In this document: one piece after another, positions 49,018 to 61,909 of the stretch | Numbering within the stretch: position 1 is the first letter of the stretch | Layout of the letters: each line of letters starts with the position of its first letter | From: Dipteris shenzhenensis | Taxonomy: Eukaryota | Direction: 5' to 3' (one strand) | Length of the DNA stretch: 64,000 nt | Assembly: GCA_047967505.1 (NCBI GenBank) | Contig: CM106538.1 | The notes under the pieces: generated by a model | What the model was told of the DNA's origin: nothing | Seen by the model: the letters and a program-made list of their open reading frames with translations, nothing else | The model's database searches: none | Translations under genes and position numbers: made by a program

Positions 49018-51308
49018 ATTCGGTCTGCTGTTGGTAGCGGTACTAGATGGATATCCTAGTCCTGGTTGTCTGGGAAGGAAGAATCCTCCTCCAATTGATG
49101 CGGCTATTCTGAGAAGACCACATCACGACTTACAATTACCTTCTTGGTAATAGAGTTATAGAGACGGTAACCCTTTGCCTCTTCACTGTAGCCCAAGAAA
49201 ATACACTTCTGGCTCTTTGGTTCCCATTTGGTTCTGGTAGCATCAGGGACATCCACAAAACAGTCACATCCAAAAACTCTAAAATATGCAGATGAAGGTT
49301 TCTTACCAGAAAAGGCTTGCAGTGGAGTCATCCCATTCACAGCCTTCATTTAGCTATGATTGAGGATGTAAACTGCAGTGTTACATGCTTAAACCCAGAA
49401 AGTCTTTGGCAAATCTTTCCCTTTCATCATACTCCAGCCGATTTCATAGATGACGTGCATCTCGCATTCTGATACTCCATTTTGCTGTGATGTATGTGGC
49501 GGGGGTTTCTGCCTCGATCCCGTGACTTTTGTAGTAACTCTCGAATTCAGTCGATGTAAACTCTCCACCTCTGTTTGATCTCAGCTTCTTCACCTTCCTC
49601 GCCGATTCTTTCTCGACCATTACATGCCATTCCTTGAACCTACTGAAAGCCTCGTCTTTCATCTTCAGGAACTATATCCATATCCTTCTACTGTAGTCGT
49701 CGATCGGCATCATGAAATAGAAGGAACCACCCAAAGCTTCCGTCTCCATATTTCTGCAAAGGTCCGTGTGAACGAGCTCTAGAGGAGCCTTTGCCCTACT
49801 GGCCTCTTTAGGAAAGGGCTGCCAATGCTGCTTGCCCATCATGCAAGCTTCACATACATCGGGCAAATCTGAAATTTTTGGTAGGTCTACAATCATTCCA
49901 CTTTTATGCATCTCCTTCAAAGAACTAAGGTTTAGATGACCAAACCTCTCATTCCATAGCTTAGTGTTCTTCAGATCCACTCGAGCACTGAAAGTTGAGA
50001 GTTCATAAATGTTGTTGCACTGTGTACCTTTACCAATGACCTCCCCTTGAAGATCGAGGATCTATGCACCATTGTTATCGAATTGAACTTTGAGGTCCCG
50101 ATCCGTGATCGCAGAAATGGACAAGTTCGTCTTGATATCTGGCACATAAAGAACATCGGACAACTATTTTACAACTCCATCTGATTGAGAGCAATCGTAG
50201 CTTTTCCTTTTGCTAGAAATTTTGCATCATTGCCGACTGCTACCATGATGTCATTCCCTATTGACTGTAGAGAGGTACACCAATCCTTCCAACTAGTCAT
50301 GTGACATGATGCACCACTGTCAATGATCCAAGGTTCATCCATAGGTACATGAACTGCCTCCATGCAAATCTCCTCAATTGCTACAAACAGCTCTATTAGT
50401 ACTGCCTGCATGCTGTTGCTGGACTCTTTCTTTACTCCGTTCTTCTCATCTACAATCTTCTTTTGGTACTCATTCTGCTTGTGCCTTGCTTTGTTGCAAT
50501 AGAAGCACTTGATCTTCTTCTTTCTCTTTTTATCATCAGAAGAAGATGGGTTACCAGAGTCCTTAGCCTTACCTTTCTTTGTTCCGGTCCAGAAAGGCGA
50601 ATCTTCTCCAGTCCTCATCTTTTGATGCATCTCCTCCTCTAGAAGCATCACACTGAAATTCTCAAAGTTGAGGGGTGGATTTCTGTTCTATGTATTCTCA
50701 ACACTGTAACAAGACCGTCGTATTTTGGTGGGAGAATCTGTATGGACCTTTGTGCTAGATTCTCATTGGTGATGGTGATGCCAATCGTAGTCATCTAATT
50801 GCTCAGATTCTTCACCCTGGTGATGAACTTCTCTGCCGCTTTAGACTCAGACAACTTCTCGTTCGCAAGTTGAGTCTCTAGATTCTGAATCCACGTCTGA
50901 TTCATGGTCTCGTACTGATTTTTCAAGACCGTCCATGCCTCCTCCACTGTGGTGACATGTTGAATTAATGCCATGATGGAATCACTAACACTGCAGACAA
51001 TAGAACACAGTGCATTTGCATTTCTTCTTGTCCATGCGAGAATCTCATCCACAGTTCGTACTATCTGTTGTCCTGCATTGGCTGGATCTGGCCTCACGTC
51101 CACCCCAGTAGCAGTGTCCCAAAGCTCATATGCACTTAGGATGGTCTTCATCTTGAAATTTTAGAGAGGATAATTAGAGCCCTCCAACTGTCTACTTTTG
51201 CCAAACGGTGGGATTTGCAGTCTTGCGGGCTGGGCCATCTCTGACAATTTGCTCGCAAACAGAAACACACTACCAAATCTTCTTGCTAGAGTCCAGGCTC
51301 TGATACCA

Positions 51309-52039
51309 TGTAAGAAAATAATACAACGTCTGTGCTCAATAGATAATAGGATCTCATATGCAAGAGAGAAAAAAAGATAGTATGGAGAATCAAAAATTTG
51401 AATACTATAGAACTGATACAATAGATGGCGCTACTTCCCAACCGTGCGCTCCTGTGAAAAAAGCTTCGATGGCATGCTGGAAATAGTAGAAGACGGAGGC
51501 TGGATGCTAAGGAATCAGGGTTGCTATAGCTAGTGATGAAATGGGCTTCACGGGCTTGCTCTTATATAGCCACCAATCATAGTCAGTTAGGCTCAATTGG
51601 GTGGCCGACCCACTCCGCCCAAAACGGTCAACTGGGGGTCGGTCCCAAAATAGGCCACCGACCATATGATAGAACCGGTGTGCAAAATAGAGCAACTATC
51701 CTACGGTCTCCGTTCAGCCCACAGCCATCCAGGATCATCTGAGGCTCCAAACGAGCCCTGCAACCTGAGAGTGGGCTACCCCGAGAAATGCTCCATCTAC
51801 CCTCAGTGCGGTCAATCAAGGTTTGCCTTCTTGCACTTGCATGTAGCCTAGTTGGCAGTGTGCCAACTCTACCTAAAGCCATCAAGCCATCAGGCCACAC
51901 ATGGCTCCCATCTGGTGTCCAAACCAGGACCTACTAGATAGCTGAGCTACTCGAATGCCTTCTCCTCATATGGGGGCTTACAAGTAGAGTTAGCTAGTTC
52001 CCGCATAGTTACACGAGAGTGGAGCATTGATATCTAACA
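51309..52039 (-). repeat. Copia A 5' LTR
   Basis: Adjacent to the PBS; direct repeat of 36354-37084. Confidence 0.95.
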
Positions 52040-52210
52040 TGAGCTAAGCATGAGCACATGTCTCTGTCTCTTATGCTTATGCTTATCATGCATATGTCTC
52101 CTCTTTTCCTTTCCCTCTTCTTCCTCTTTTCCTTTGCCTATGCCTATGCCTATGCCTATGCTTATGTTTGTTTTTTATTTTTTGTTTTCGTGTTTGTGTC
52201 TATGTTAGAC

Positions 52211-53770
52211 ATGGGATCACATCGCACATCCGATGAGTACAGACAGCCTCGCAAGAGGAGAGCTCACGATCTATATGCTCCAGAGGACTTGATTCCTCTC
52301 AGGCGACTACCTCGAGGACGACCCGACTCCTCTCGGACCTAGCACTACGACTACCCTTGCTCCGACTCCTCTTAGACATAGCACTACGACTACCCCTCGG
52401 GGAACTCCTTTGCTAGCTATGCATGGCTTTGTTGGGAGTCCCGATGAGTTTGTAGTGTAGATGAGCGATGAGGAGGCAGCAAGATTCTTCTCTCTGCTAT
52501 CTCAGAGGACCTCACCAATTCCCTCCCCTACACCAATGGCTGGACATACTGCCCAGCCGTACCCTCGTGCCCCTTCGATCGAGGGGTCATCACCTACGCA
52601 TGCCTCTCATAAGGGAAGGAAGAGTAGGAAGGGCAGCTTATGTTGTGTTGACTCGGGAGATGTAGACGAGTCAGCACACTCACATTCCTATAGGTCTCCA
52701 CTTGGTCTGGAGACATGGTATCAGTCAGGTCCCTTGCCCTTTCCTATTCCCATTGGTACTCCTCACTCCGGAGCGCTCGCACAGCTTCCACTCCTTCTGA
52801 CTCTGCTACCATCAGTCCTCCTTACTCATTAGCTGATCTCTCCTATCAAATCATAGCTACTGGAGAGATAATCGAAGATAGAAAGGGCAAAGCAGTGATG
52901 GCCACCATGAGGTGGTTGATGAGCCATCACTTCAAGAGTGGAATTGCTACCAATTGGCAGTATCAAGATGACCAAAAGAAGCAGGCGATCATCAATGAAT
53001 TAAAATAAAAATACCCTAACCCGCCAAATTGGGAGTTTAATGAGGATTATATGCGAGAGCGCAAGGGTTTGGTCTTGAAGCATTGTAGATCAACCTTGCG
53101 TACTTCCATCACAAAGGGGTTGGCTAAACCCAGCTGGGTAGACAAAGTTGATTGGAAGTTCTTCAAGAAGCAGAATAGGGACCATCCCGAAATGTTCGAG
53201 GGTCAGAGGAGGGCTGCAAAGAGATGGCTAGACATCATAGGTACTTCGCACTTTGGTGCAGGCAGACGGTTGGCGTTTGAGGCAACCATGGTAAGTCTAC
53301 TTCTTCTCATTTAATGTATTGTTCTATTTGTTTTAATACATATTACATGCACTTTAGCTAACTCTAACTCTCGTAAATTGGATCCACAACAAGCTGTGAT
53401 GGGTTGTCTTCCTACAGATGCAGAGACACGACGCGCATTTCGCATAGAAACAAAGCTGTGGTTTATTGAGTAAGAGGCAATGGGAGCGACGGTTGATTGG
53501 GCTGAGGTGGCTGCTCACATGGTATAAGTCTACTCCTACTTGTAATCTCACTTTTTAAATTGTTTTATTCTTTCAGTTCCAATCTAACTTTCAATTTATA
53601 TGGTTCACTCTTAGGGTCAAAGCTCAAGCATCCCATCATCGGAGGTGAGTGATCACCAGGGCCAAGGATCAGATGCACGTGATGAGGATCAGGAAGAAGG
53701 CGCAGCTCACGAGGACCAAGGATGAGGCCAACAAGATAAGGACGAGGACGAGGACGATTCCAATGAGTAG
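52211..53770 (+). pseudogene. CACTA accessory ORF (TnpA/ORF2-like), degenerate, intron-containing
   Basis: Ser/Pro-rich N-terminus, then ..MRWLMSHHF..WQYQDD..KPSWVDKVDWKFF..HFGAGRR, GT donor at 53291 and an acidic tail; lies inside the CACTA ends. Confidence 0.5.
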
Positions 53771-53994
53771 TAGTAGCAGTTTGCATTTTCTTCGCCATGT
53801 ATGTCATTTTGTATATATGCTCGTTTGAGCAATTTTGTATCACCCTTTCGAAAGGGTAATTTTGTAACAAACAATGTTGTATATGTTCGACATGTATATG
53901 CTTTTGTTGCTCGATCATTTCATTTGAGCGATTTTGTATCACCCTTTTAGCAAGGGAAATTTTGTTATAAAAAACCTTTTTTTGTAATTACAAA

Positions 53995-54062
53995 AAAAAA
54001 AGGATTAGTGGGGCTAAACAGGGCCATAGCAAGCCCTATTTAGCCCCACTAATCCTTTTTTT
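53995..54062. repeat. 68-bp near-perfect inverted repeat (hairpin) in the CACTA right arm
   Basis: AAAAAAAGGATTAGTGGGGCTAAACAGGGC-catagcaa-GCCCTATTTAGCCCCACTAATCCTTTTTTT. Confidence 0.9.
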
Positions 54063-54077
54063 AAAGTTGTGTTAATC

Positions 54078-54190
54078 ATCACTATATAGCGACGTTTACT
54101 AGTGTCACTATATAGTGACGATTATCAATGTTGCTATATAGCGACATTTATCAACGTCGCTATATAGCGACACTTTATAGCGACGGTTCT
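54078..54190. repeat. CACTA subterminal palindromic repeats, right
   Basis: About five T(C/T)(G/A)CTATATAG(C/T)GAC copies. Confidence 0.9.
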
Positions 54191-54305
54191 TTTCCAACGC
54201 TTTTAATGACTTTAATAACGATGTTTGCGCCCGTGAATTTTTTTTTAAAAAATGTAAAAAGCGTCGGTATTTTCGTCGAAAAAGGGCCTATGCCTTGTAG
54301 TGTAC

Positions 54306-54787
54306 CAGAGTTTATACCATCTAATGAGATTGAAGAGGGTCTATTTGTTGCAATCTGGGCATCTGATCCAGGTTCAGAGTTGGATGACCAAGGTGGCCCA
54401 ATTTGGGTTGCAAAGGTTGATAAGATAGAAAGGGATGACAAGGGAACTCCTATAACATTCACAACTTTATGGTATGAACCAAAGCCATTGAAAAATCTCT
54501 TGAGAAGATATACCATAAAAAAACTCTATGAGGGATGCTTGGAAAAGAAACGTGAATGGGTTCTAAATAATGAGGGATTAACAGAGGTGGAAGTTCGTAG
54601 CATTATTCATTGTTGGAAATCGAGGACACAAAGTTTTAAAAAGAAGCATGGATACAATGTTGAAAAATGTATCACAATCCCTGATCTAAGTCATGTCCAT
54701 ATTAAACATCATTTGGCAAGACGACCCATCAAGCGCAAATACATTACATGAATCTGATGACTTTGAACGAGATTCAGATGCATAAGA
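54306..54787 (+). pseudogene. DUF7869-type transposase, 3' part (continuation of 29352-30607)
   Basis: Removing the CACTA and one TAC restores the frame: ..GDKPL-PEFIPSNEIEEGLFVAIW.. Confidence 0.85.
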
Positions 54788-55132
54788 TAATGTTTTGTAT
54801 GCTTTTTTCCATACAAATGGTGTATCTATACACCACCAATAAGATAATGTATTGTATGCTTTGTTTTTTAAAAAAAGGGTGTATCTATACACTTATATAT
54901 TGAATTCAACAAACTCTTTTTTTTCAAAAAAATGGTGTATCTATACACCACTTATATGTTGAATTCAACAAAATAGTACATGCACATGAGTCAGCTGTAT
55001 CTTTTGATCCTTTGAGCTTTGAGTTTTGGTGATATTTCACTCTATTGTGGCATACACATTTGGGTGCACTTGGAATTTTGTGTGATTCTATCTTGCAGGC
55101 ACTAGCATTTGGGATTTTGCTTTATTTGCATC

Positions 55133-56100
55133 ATGGCATCCTCTTCCATGTCTGAAAAGGAGTTTTTCAGCATTAAAAAGTTTGATGGGACAAACTTTTC
55201 TTTGTGGAAAGAACAGATAAGGGATGTGCTTATTCAAAAGAAGCAGATAAAACCCTTGCAAGGGATTGCAGCTAAGCCTGCAGCTATGTCCACAGATGAA
55301 TGGAATGAGTTGGATGCATTGGCAAAGTCTACCATTAGACTTCATCTTGGGGAGACACTTTATTTCACAGTAGTCACTGAAAAGAATACGGAAGCTTTAT
55401 GGAAAAAGCTGTGTGCTACATATGAGAAAGAGACTGCCTCAAACAAAGTCTATCTCATGAAGAGATTGTTTGAGCTGCACATGAAGGAGGGAGTATCCAT
55501 AGCTTTGCACTTGAATGAATTTAATGTCATTCAAGCTCAAAAGCTGAATTTCGATGCGGAAATGAGGGCAATATTTCTCTTATGCTCATTACCATCCTCA
55601 TGGGATACTTTCTGTACTACTATCAGTAACTCTGCACCTGGTGGAGTATTGAACTTTGATGATGTGGTTGGTAGCTTGTTGGCCGAGGAGATTAGACGGA
55701 AGTCAATGGAAGGCAAAAAGCAGGATGCAGCCTTAAATGTACAAAGGGGCAGATCACAATCCAGGGGGAAGATTCAAGAAAGAGGAAAGTCCCGTAGCAA
55801 ATCCAGGGCACAAAACATTGAGTGTCACTATTGTGGCAAGAAGGGCCACATGAAAAAGGATTGCTACAAGCTTAAAAGAGAGCAAAAGGATAAGAAAAAG
55901 AATGCAAATTAGGGTGCAAATTAAAAGGAAGAGAGTCCAAGGGAGGCCAAAGGAAAAGTGAAGATCAAGGGGATCAATGCAGTCACACATGATAGTGACA
56001 ATGACATTCTCTTCATGTCTAGTTTATCTGCAGAGTGGCTTACCACTTCAGATGATGCATATTCCAAGGATTGGATTTTGGATTCTAGTGCTTTATTCCA
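55133..56100 (+). pseudogene. Ty1/Copia gag (UBN2 + CCHC) and start of protease, truncated
   Basis: IKKFDGTNFSLWK, LLCSLPSSW, CHYCGKKGHMKKDC, then WILDSSA at ~56070. Confidence 0.85.
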
Positions 56101-56102
56101 TG

Positions 56103-56185
56103 TTATACATCATTGTGGCCACTGATTACTTTACAAAATGGGCTGAAGCCAAAGCAGTCAGAAAGAAAGATGCCAGAAGCACAAG
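56103..56185 (+). pseudogene. Short Gypsy integrase fragment
   Basis: YIIVATDYFTKWAEAKAVRKKDARST; resembles the relic at ~9420-9500. Confidence 0.7.
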
Positions 56186-56648
56186 TCCCATCTATGCTAC
56201 ATTGTGCACCCGAATCCTATAGGTATTTCTAAGAGTGTGAAGACCTCCATTTCTGATTTCTTTACACCCCTTATTAGATAGGAAGAGGGGGGTAGGGCTC
56301 AGTGTGCCATAGATCCCTATTTTCTCATTATTGATCTTGGATCCCGAAGCCATGCAAAAGGTGTTTAGACATTTGAGTGTGCCCTAAATAGAGTTAGTGC
56401 CACATAAGCACAAAGGCCTTTACTAAGCATAATGTGTTTGTAGCGTATGAACAGCCTCATCATCAATTGCCCCTCTTCTTCATAAAAACTTCGACAAGCC
56501 TTAACTTGCAATCCAAGAGGAATTTGCACATGCTCCAAAGAGAAAAAATAATTGGTTCTGAGTTCTACGTGCTTGTCAACTCAGATTTTCTATATGCAAT
56601 TAGACACTGCCAGATTTGAAAGTTTCTTCAACTGGTAAGAGCTTTGCA

Positions 56649-57386
56649 ATGGCGATATGCACCCCAACTATTGAGAAGTTCACTAGGGAAGGGTTTCACA
56701 TGTGGTCTACACAAATGAGGTATCTCCTAATGCATCAAAAGCTTTGGAAGACTGTAAAAGAAGACATACACACTGCACAAAATGATGCCTGGAAGGAAAA
56801 AGATAAAGCAACACTATCAGTCATTGGTTTGCACTTGGGTCCGGGTCCAAACATAATTCATCATATAGACTCCAAGGATGCATGGGATGACTTGAGCACA
56901 ATGTTTGCTACAAAAGCCCAAAACCATGAAATTCATCTTAAGATTGAATTCTATAGTTTGCACATGGGCTTCAATGAATCCATGGCACAATTTGTCAACA
57001 AAATCAAAAGCATTATGACCCAACTAGAAGACATAAATGCAAAAGTAGGGGACAAAGATGCACTTGCAGTTCTCCTTAAAAGCATGCCTGCAAAGTACAG
57101 CTCACTAACAACCACTTTGAAGAATTTTCGAGATCCAAAGTTTGAGGAATTTGTATCTTCTTATCTTGAAAAAGAAAGAGAGTTGAAGTCATCAACATCA
57201 ACATCGACATCTACATCAACACGCAACAGCTATAATGAAGAACAAACACTGTTCAATAAAAATTCAACGAAGTGCTGCCATTGCGGAAGGATGGGTCACT
57301 ATCAAACTGAGTGCAGACTGAAGAACAAACTTGAAAGTGACACCATTGCAAGAAGCTGGGACACAAGGAAGAAGATTGCAGATTGA
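56649..57386 (+). pseudogene. Ty1/Copia gag-only ORF
   Basis: IEKFTREGFHMWSTQMRYLL..LW, LLKSMPAKYSSL, CCHCGRMGHYQTEC; no pol follows. Confidence 0.8.
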
Positions 57387-57610
57387 AGAACTAGCAGGTC
57401 AACTACGTGGAGTCATCATCAAGCCATGAGAAGAATGACAAGAATAACATGTATTGAGAAGCAAAAGCCTTTCCACCTTTAGCCTATATTCTTGTAGTCA
57501 AACTTGACCACCTGAAAGTAGCCATGTAAGCACCTAGTGGAGGATTTGATCTTGTAACTCACATCTTACCACCCAGTGTAGTTGTCAAAGGATCATGGCA
57601 CCAAGGGAGG

Positions 57611-57942
57611 TGTTGAGAGTTGTGGTGCCATGAGCACATGTAGAGCAAAGGTATGAGTAGAAGGCAAGCTACCACATGGCATGGAGGAGATATCCCACAT
57701 GTGAGCATGCATATGGATGTAAGTACGCACTCCTATAAAAGGAAGGTTCATTTGAAGTAATATCAATCAAGCACTTTGCACTATCTCAAGAATCTCTTTA
57801 TGAGTCCAAGCTAATCTATCTTGGAACCTAATTGACTTGAGTTATAGATCATGATCACTCTTAGGATTCATCCACCTTAGATTAATGTTGTCATTAGAGT
57901 AGATAAGGGTCCATAGTAGAGCTCGGTCCATGTGCTTTAACA
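57611..57942 (+). repeat. Probable 3' LTR of the gag-only element
   Basis: PPT-like AAGGGAGG immediately before TGTTGA; TATAAAA at ~57735; ends TTAACA. No partner LTR identified. Confidence 0.5.
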
Positions 57943-60900
57943 AGATATACCAAATGTAACTATATCTCTATTCTTCTCCATTAATAGTACCCTCATGAAT
58001 TTGTAACCTCACTATCTCAATGATAGCTATTTGGGAAAACCAATACAAAATGTATACCAAATACTTTACAAAAATATAATTTTTTTGAAGGATGGAGAAT
58101 TATGCATTTTTTAAATACAAAATCAGAACGCCCCAAAACCCCTAAAACAACTGTAAACACGGATACTTTTTGCTGACTTTTCTATATGTCTTCTTCTCAA
58201 AAAAGGGCCTCCATGGCACTTGAGCCCCCATTTTCATACGTGCTAGCATAGATGGAAACGGGGCCCAAGGCAGCCCATTCTAAGTAGACAAGCTATCAAA
58301 ACGTCGTTAGAAACTATCTGTGTTTGCAATTGTTTTTTGTTGTTCTGAGCTCATTTTTTGTGTAAAAAATGCATAATTTTCTTCATTATTCATAACATTT
58401 TGGGGTTTTATCTAGTGATTATAGCCTATAAGTCCTTTTTATATATGATGATCATTTTAACTTTTATATCACAATGGCATGAAGTTATTTGGGATATCCA
58501 TAGAGGTAGTGCCTTCATCATGTTACATGGATATAATTGATCACAAATGTGTAAGGAAAGGGAGAGACAAGTTGCTTAAGTTAAGTGGCTTATATAAGCT
58601 TGCAAATTAAAGACCCATAGAAATATTTTCTTTAGAAAAAAACATTCTAAATTACCATGGTGTTTTCACCTCTAAAACCCATTGAAGTCCAAAAGATTAC
58701 CTATATAACAGTTATTCAAAGCTCTATGATGAAGACGTAAAATAGGGAAAATCCAAGGTGATTGAAAAAGAGTAAGTGATGCACATTTATAGGTATTGGA
58801 GAATTGATTTTGAGCCCCCTCATGATTTATTTATCCTATATAAGTATTGATTTGGATTGAACTAGATGCCATGGAGACCCCTTTTCATTGATAGCTTGAG
58901 GTATAAAATGTGGAGAAGTATCATGTGTTTGATCTACTTGTATGAATTTGATCATGTGTTAGAATGTGAATTACTAACTTTTTGTGGTATGATAATCACA
59001 TGTATGCATTGATTTAATCATGTGTTTGACCATGAAGTATTAGGTTTTCATGAAGTATGTGTTTAGTCATGTGTTTTTATAGAACATGTTATGCATTTTA
59101 TTGTGATGTGCATATGGGTTTAATTATGTGTTCAATCATGAAGTAGTAGATTTAAATTGTGTTTATACTTTTCCCATTACAACATTACTTAAGTGCCAAA
59201 AAACCTCACCAAATCTGGGAGTGCCTAAAGAGCTTTCAATAGAAAGCTCACCAAAAAATCACACCCTTGTCAATATTTCATCTTGCTCCATTCTTGTGGA
59301 TCTCATCATAAGCAACCACTATGGACACTAGCAAGTACAAAGCAACACCACGAGGGTGTCCAAAAATCTACTAAAGAGACTTGTAAAGTCGGTTGTGAAG
59401 CGACGCATGGAAGCACTTCTAAGGCAGGAAGCATCCTTCCTTTGACTCGATATCTCTATGTAGCTCATTGTTGTCATACTTCCAATCACTCATGCACATA
59501 TCATGGACTTTGTATATTATATCTTACCACATCTCAAATCTTTGATTATTGTGGCTCATGACTAGATGCATGTTATCATCATGTAGGTATGATCAATCTA
59601 TAATAGGTTCTGAGGCATAGGAAGTTTCTTATGCAACTTCTCTACCACAGAGTCTTTCTTATGTAAATATTGGTAATGCCAATTTTTGAAATAGCCTTTA
59701 TCAAATACCACTTGCATGATTTGTTATGGACATGATACAACAATCTTGTATGATATATCTCATCTCATTCACATCAGATGAGGGGGGTCATTTGTGATGT
59801 AGCAAATGGACCCAAGTGCTCGATTGAGGGGCATAGTAACCTTGCTAGGAATGCAAGGGCTAGTCATTCAACTAGTTAGTTGTGTCTCAGGATGTATCTC
59901 TTGACTCACATGCATAGGAGAGATGTAGTCTTCTTGCTAGGAACATAAGGGGAATCCATTCCATTAGCTAGATTTGTCTTGGGTGTATTTTTTGACTCAC
60001 ATCCATAGGAAATACCACATCTAGGCTACAAAAACAATCAAAGAACAAGTATATCCTTTGAAACTAGCAAGTAAAGAGAAGAGAAGAGTAAGCTACTAAG
60101 CAAGAAAGAAAGAGAAACAGAGGAGAAAGCTAGCAAGTAATAAAACAAACAAAGCAAGCAAAAGGTAAGTTGCATCTTCTTCCTCGTCCTCTAGAACATT
60201 ATATTAGGGAATTGGAAATTTCGGAAATAGTTTTTGAATTCCCATTATGGTTAAGATTTGGCCACATGGTCAAATATTAATCCCTTACTTGAAGGTGGAT
60301 TCTGCCCTAAACACTATATTAAGGAATCCTACCAAGTCCCACTTTCAAATAAGATGTCAAGCTCCCAAATTATCTAATATATCTTCCCCTTCTCCTCCAT
60401 CTTAATATTCTATTCACCTCTCTTTCAAGGTACTGCATTTTCTTGCCTTGAATGGTGAGTTTCAGAGAGGAAAAGGGTTCAAAATAAACAAACATAAGGA
60501 ATCCATGGTTTTCTCTTTTATAAACATACATATCTCCTAGCATGTTTGAACACTTATCTAGAGGAATTTCATCCTTTTAGACCCAAACAATGGCGAAAAA
60601 AGGGAAGAATTCTTAGAAACAAGATTGAAACTTATTGCAAATAAAAGAGTGAACCGAGAGAAGGAAATGGCTTGTTGAAGCCCACAAACTCCTCAAGCCC
60701 TTGAACTCTTATTTCTTCTAAAAGAGGGAAGAGTGGGGGGCAAGGCAATCACTCTAAATGCATGAAACAAAGGCGGTGAACATGGGGGACGAGCATTTTC
60801 TGAGCGAAATCTTCCGAGCGTCCGAGCGAAGGAAAAAAAAAGCTTCCAACTATGCATAAATATGGCAAAAATCGATCAGAAGAAAACATAGTTTCACTTA

Positions 60901-61909
60901 GAAATATGCAAAGTATTATAGCAATGCCTATTTTATACAAAAATCTTTAGGTGAATCTGTAGGAATGGTGAGAGCATAATGGGATGGCTTTTGAAGAAAC
61001 CCACATGTAGAGTAGACTTCTCTATGAAAATTCCCTTATGATCCTTCTTACAACTTTTACTTAATAGGAGGTGACATTGAAAACCCTCTCTCAACCTATC
61101 TTCATGAAAGAGTTTCTTCAAAGAAAACTTATTGAAGCAAGCCATCCAGGTAGTTTCGCCAGCGAAACCCCTTTGAAGCAAGTCTCCCAAGGTAGTTTCG
61201 CTGGCGAAACTACCTTGGACAGCACTTTTAAAAGTGACATAACTTTCATATCCAATGTCCAAATATAGTCATTCAACCACTCAAATTGATCGGAACACCC
61301 CATTTGAGCACATCTATGGAGTTATATTTTGGAAAATCTTTCATATATAGTATTAAATATTACATGTATTTTATGAGAGTGATATATAAGCCTAAGTTAA
61401 TACTTATTTATAGTAATTTAAACTTCTTTAGAAACATGTCCATAAATATGCTATAAAAACACTAAAAAGATATTGCCATATGATATAAATGTGTTAATAA
61501 GTAATTATATATGCATAGTATTATTACATTGAGAGTGATTATGAGGAATATTTCTTAAAGGAATCAACACTTTTTTAAGATAATAACAGGGGTACAAAGG
61601 GATGTCTCTAAATAAGAAAATTATGTTGTGTAAAAATGAATGAGTGACTAGTCTGTATATTTTTATGATAAAGGGATCTAGTTCTAGTGAAAATAAAAGT
61701 GTAAAAACCATGTTTCCTAAAGAAAAACATTTTTAAAAATCTCTTGAAAAACACGCTCGGATAAACCTGCTCATAGGTTTTTGCTCGTAAAATTGACGCA
61801 TCCGTGAACATGTTCTGGTTTCATCTTTTTTTGTAGGTATCCATTAATATTTCTCTTTAAAATCATAGTTTGCATTACTGACAACTGTATTGTTGATAAT
61901 GACAAAACC

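Larger units (their letters stand above)
36354..52039 (-). mobile_element. Copia A: full-length degenerate Ty1/Copia element with 731-bp LTRs
   Basis: TG..CA LTRs at 36354-37084 and 51309-52039 (roughly 10% diverged by eye); TSD TGAGC; PBS TGGTATCAGAGC (tRNA-iMet) on - at 51297-51308; PPT on - at ~37085-37095; gag-PR-IN-RT-RH pieces from 51238 to 37115. Confidence 0.95.
30608..54302 (-). mobile_element. CACTA element with both ends (~8 kb net, plus 15.7 kb nested Copia)
   Basis: Starts CACTAC at 30608, ends GTAGTG at 54302; 3-bp TSD TAC at 30605-30607 and 54303-54305; palindromic subterminal TCGCTATATAGCGA repeats at both ends. Confidence 0.92.

Noticed and set aside
54128-54302. N-terminal part of the 207-aa ORF 54128..54751
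   Set aside because: Chance read-through of the CACTA subterminal repeats; real coding similarity starts after 54305.
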